Shown here in pieces: positions 30,820 through 32,000 of a stretch of DNA of 32,000 nt; position 1 is the first letter of the stretch; each line of letters starts with the position of its first letter. The translations under genes and the position numbers were made by a program. The notes below the pieces were generated by a model. That model made no database searches, was not told where the DNA came from, and saw only the letters and a list, made by a program, of their open reading frames with translations. The DNA comes from an uncultured bacterium. GTDB taxonomy: Bacteria > GCA-001730085. The DNA is taken from the NCBI GenBank assembly GCA_964565945.1, contig CAZMGY010000003.1, positions 30,001-62,000 on the forward strand. Reading direction: 5' to 3'.

Positions 30820-31929
30820 ATGAAATTTTTTGATCCTAAACCAGAGTACGAAGCCTGTCGTGAAGCCATTGATCAAGCGATGCGAGCTGTGATTGAACGA
30901 ACCTCCTTTATTCATGGACCCGAGGTAGTGCAATTTGAAGAGTCCGTGGTTAATTATTTGAATTTTGTTCAGCAAGGTCATGCGGTGGCGGTGTCTTCGG
31001 GAACCGACGCATTGGCCTTAGCGCTGGATGCGGCGAATATTGGGCGTAGTGATGAAGTGATCACCACGCCGTTCACCTTTATTGCCACTATCGAAACCAT
31101 TGTACAAGTGGGAGCGACACCTGTTTTTGTCGATATTGACCCCGCAACATTTAATTTGGACTTGAAAGCTTGGGCATCGAAAATTACACCTGCCACGAAA
31201 GCGGTGGTTCCTGTGCATTTATTTGGTCAAGCGGTCAAGATGGATCAGCTGGTTAGAGAGGCCGAACAATACCAAATTTGTGTGATTGAGGATGCGGCTC
31301 AAGCGATGGGAGCTATGTGCCAGGGTCGTCAGGTTGGGACCTGGGGTGCTATGGGCTGTTTTAGTTTTTTCCCTAGCAAAAACTTGGGAGGTTTTGGTGA
31401 TGCTGGTTTGGTGAGTTGCCAAAGCGAGGAACATGCGATCAAGGTGAAGGCCCTACGCGTTCATGGATCTTATGTGAAATATGAGCATCATGATTGGGGT
31501 TATAATTCGCGGATGGACACTTTGCAGGCGGCTGTGTTAATAGAAAAACTTAAGCATTTGGACGTTTGGATTAAGCAGCGCCAAGCCAATGCGACTTATT
31601 ATTTGGAGCAACTTGAAGGCTGTGGCGATCTTGTTTTGCCGCAAACGGCGGAATCTTGCACACACACCTACAATCAATTCTCGGTGCGAACGATGCGTCG
31701 CGATGCTTTGCACTCTTATTTGAAAGAGAAAGGTGTTCCCTCGATGATTTACTATCCCAAACCATTACATTTTCAACCTGTCATGAAGGCCATGGGATGT
31801 GGCGAAGGAGATTTTCCTGTGAGTGAACAGGTGTCGCACGAAATTTTATCTTTACCCATTTATCCGTATTTTACAAGGGATGAACAGGAGAAGGTGATTC
31901 AGGCTATTCAAACTTTTTTTGAGGGCTAA
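30820..31929 (+). CDS. DegT/DnrJ/EryC1/StrS-family sugar aminotransferase (WbpE-like)
   Basis: PLP-lysine context FSFFPSKNLGGFGDAG, the N-terminal FIHGPEV motif, and family size (369 aa). Confidence 0.9.
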   Translation: MKFFDPKPEYEACREAIDQAMRAVIERTSFIHGPEVVQFEESVVNYLNFVQQGHAVAVSSGTDALALALDAANIGRSDEVITTPFTFIATIETIVQVGATPVFVDIDPATFNLDLKAWASKITPATKAVVPVHLFGQAVKMDQLVREAEQYQICVIEDAAQAMGAMCQGRQVGTWGAMGCFSFFPSKNLGGFGDAGLVSCQSEEHAIKVKALRVHGSYVKYEHHDWGYNSRMDTLQAAVLIEKLKHLDVWIKQRQANATYYLEQLEGCGDLVLPQTAESCTHTYNQFSVRTMRRDALHSYLKEKGVPSMIYYPKPLHFQPVMKAMGCGEGDFPVSEQVSHEILSLPIYPYFTRDEQEKVIQAIQTFFEG

Positions 31930-32000
31930 GTGGTGCATAAGATTTTAACTGTGGTGGGTGCTCGACCTCAATTTGTGAAAGCTGGTGCGTTGTCTCCGAC
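31930..32000 (+). CDS. UDP-N-acetylglucosamine 2-epimerase family, N-terminal fragment (runs off window)
   Basis: GTG 31930 follows directly after the upstream stop. The translation VVHKILTVVGARPQFVKAGALSP matches the WecB/WbpI N-terminal signature (ILTVxGARPQFIK). Only 23 codons are visible. Confidence 0.6.
   Translation, partial: MVHKILTVVGARPQFVKAGALSP

Noticed and set aside
1-32000. Scanned for CRISPR arrays, IS/transposase or integrase genes, toxin-antitoxin pairs and known defence-system signatures.
   Set aside because: There are no regularly spaced repeats and no transposase, integrase or nuclease-like ORFs in the six-frame track. The only repeats found are the 27-bp purQ-leader pair and the GGCTAGT copies reported above.

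Overview
The window is mostly housekeeping chromosome from a diderm bacterium (an LptF/G permease and an LPS-sugar cassette are present) that uses Shine-Dalgarno sites and the standard genetic code. Left to right: the 3' end of an unknown beta-strand-rich protein; a LysM/YkuD L,D-transpeptidase; accA; cysS; on the minus strand an LptF/G-family permease and pterin-4a-carbinolamine dehydratase; serC; minus-strand nrdB-nrdA (class I RNR); tRNA-Val; thrS-infC-rpmI-rplT; purQ-purL; a 5.5-kb non-purine block; purM-purN-mfd; a heavily decayed aldehyde/succinate-semialdehyde dehydrogenase pseudogene; and the start of a WbpB/WbpD/WbpE/WbpI-like diacetamido-sugar cassette. The 5.5-kb block (17385-22925) is the most interesting part. 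It holds a truncated M23 lipoprotein gene, a secreted protein of unknown function, and a Fur-family gene remnant with two in-frame stops. A perfect 9-3-9 palindrome sits at that remnant's promoter, and its stop overlaps (TAATG) the start of a 1275-aa P1B-type metal ATPase. The ATPase has extra N-terminal TM helices, a His-rich tract, altered catalytic signatures (DKSNT, NGE, AEYP), a ~65-aa P-domain insertion, and a ~325-aa C-terminal extension with a CC/HHH/CC cluster and an unrecognised domain. A 534-bp ORF-poor spacer with an orphan minus-strand terminator follows. Other points: a 27-bp direct repeat duplicating the purQ start region, with an 18-codon uORF; infC with a probable AUC start; ThrRS lacking the TGS domain; and a tRNA-Val with C33. 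I saw no CRISPR array, transposase, integrase or recognisable defence genes. All calls come from reading the ORF translations and the DNA by eye; no searches or statistics were run.
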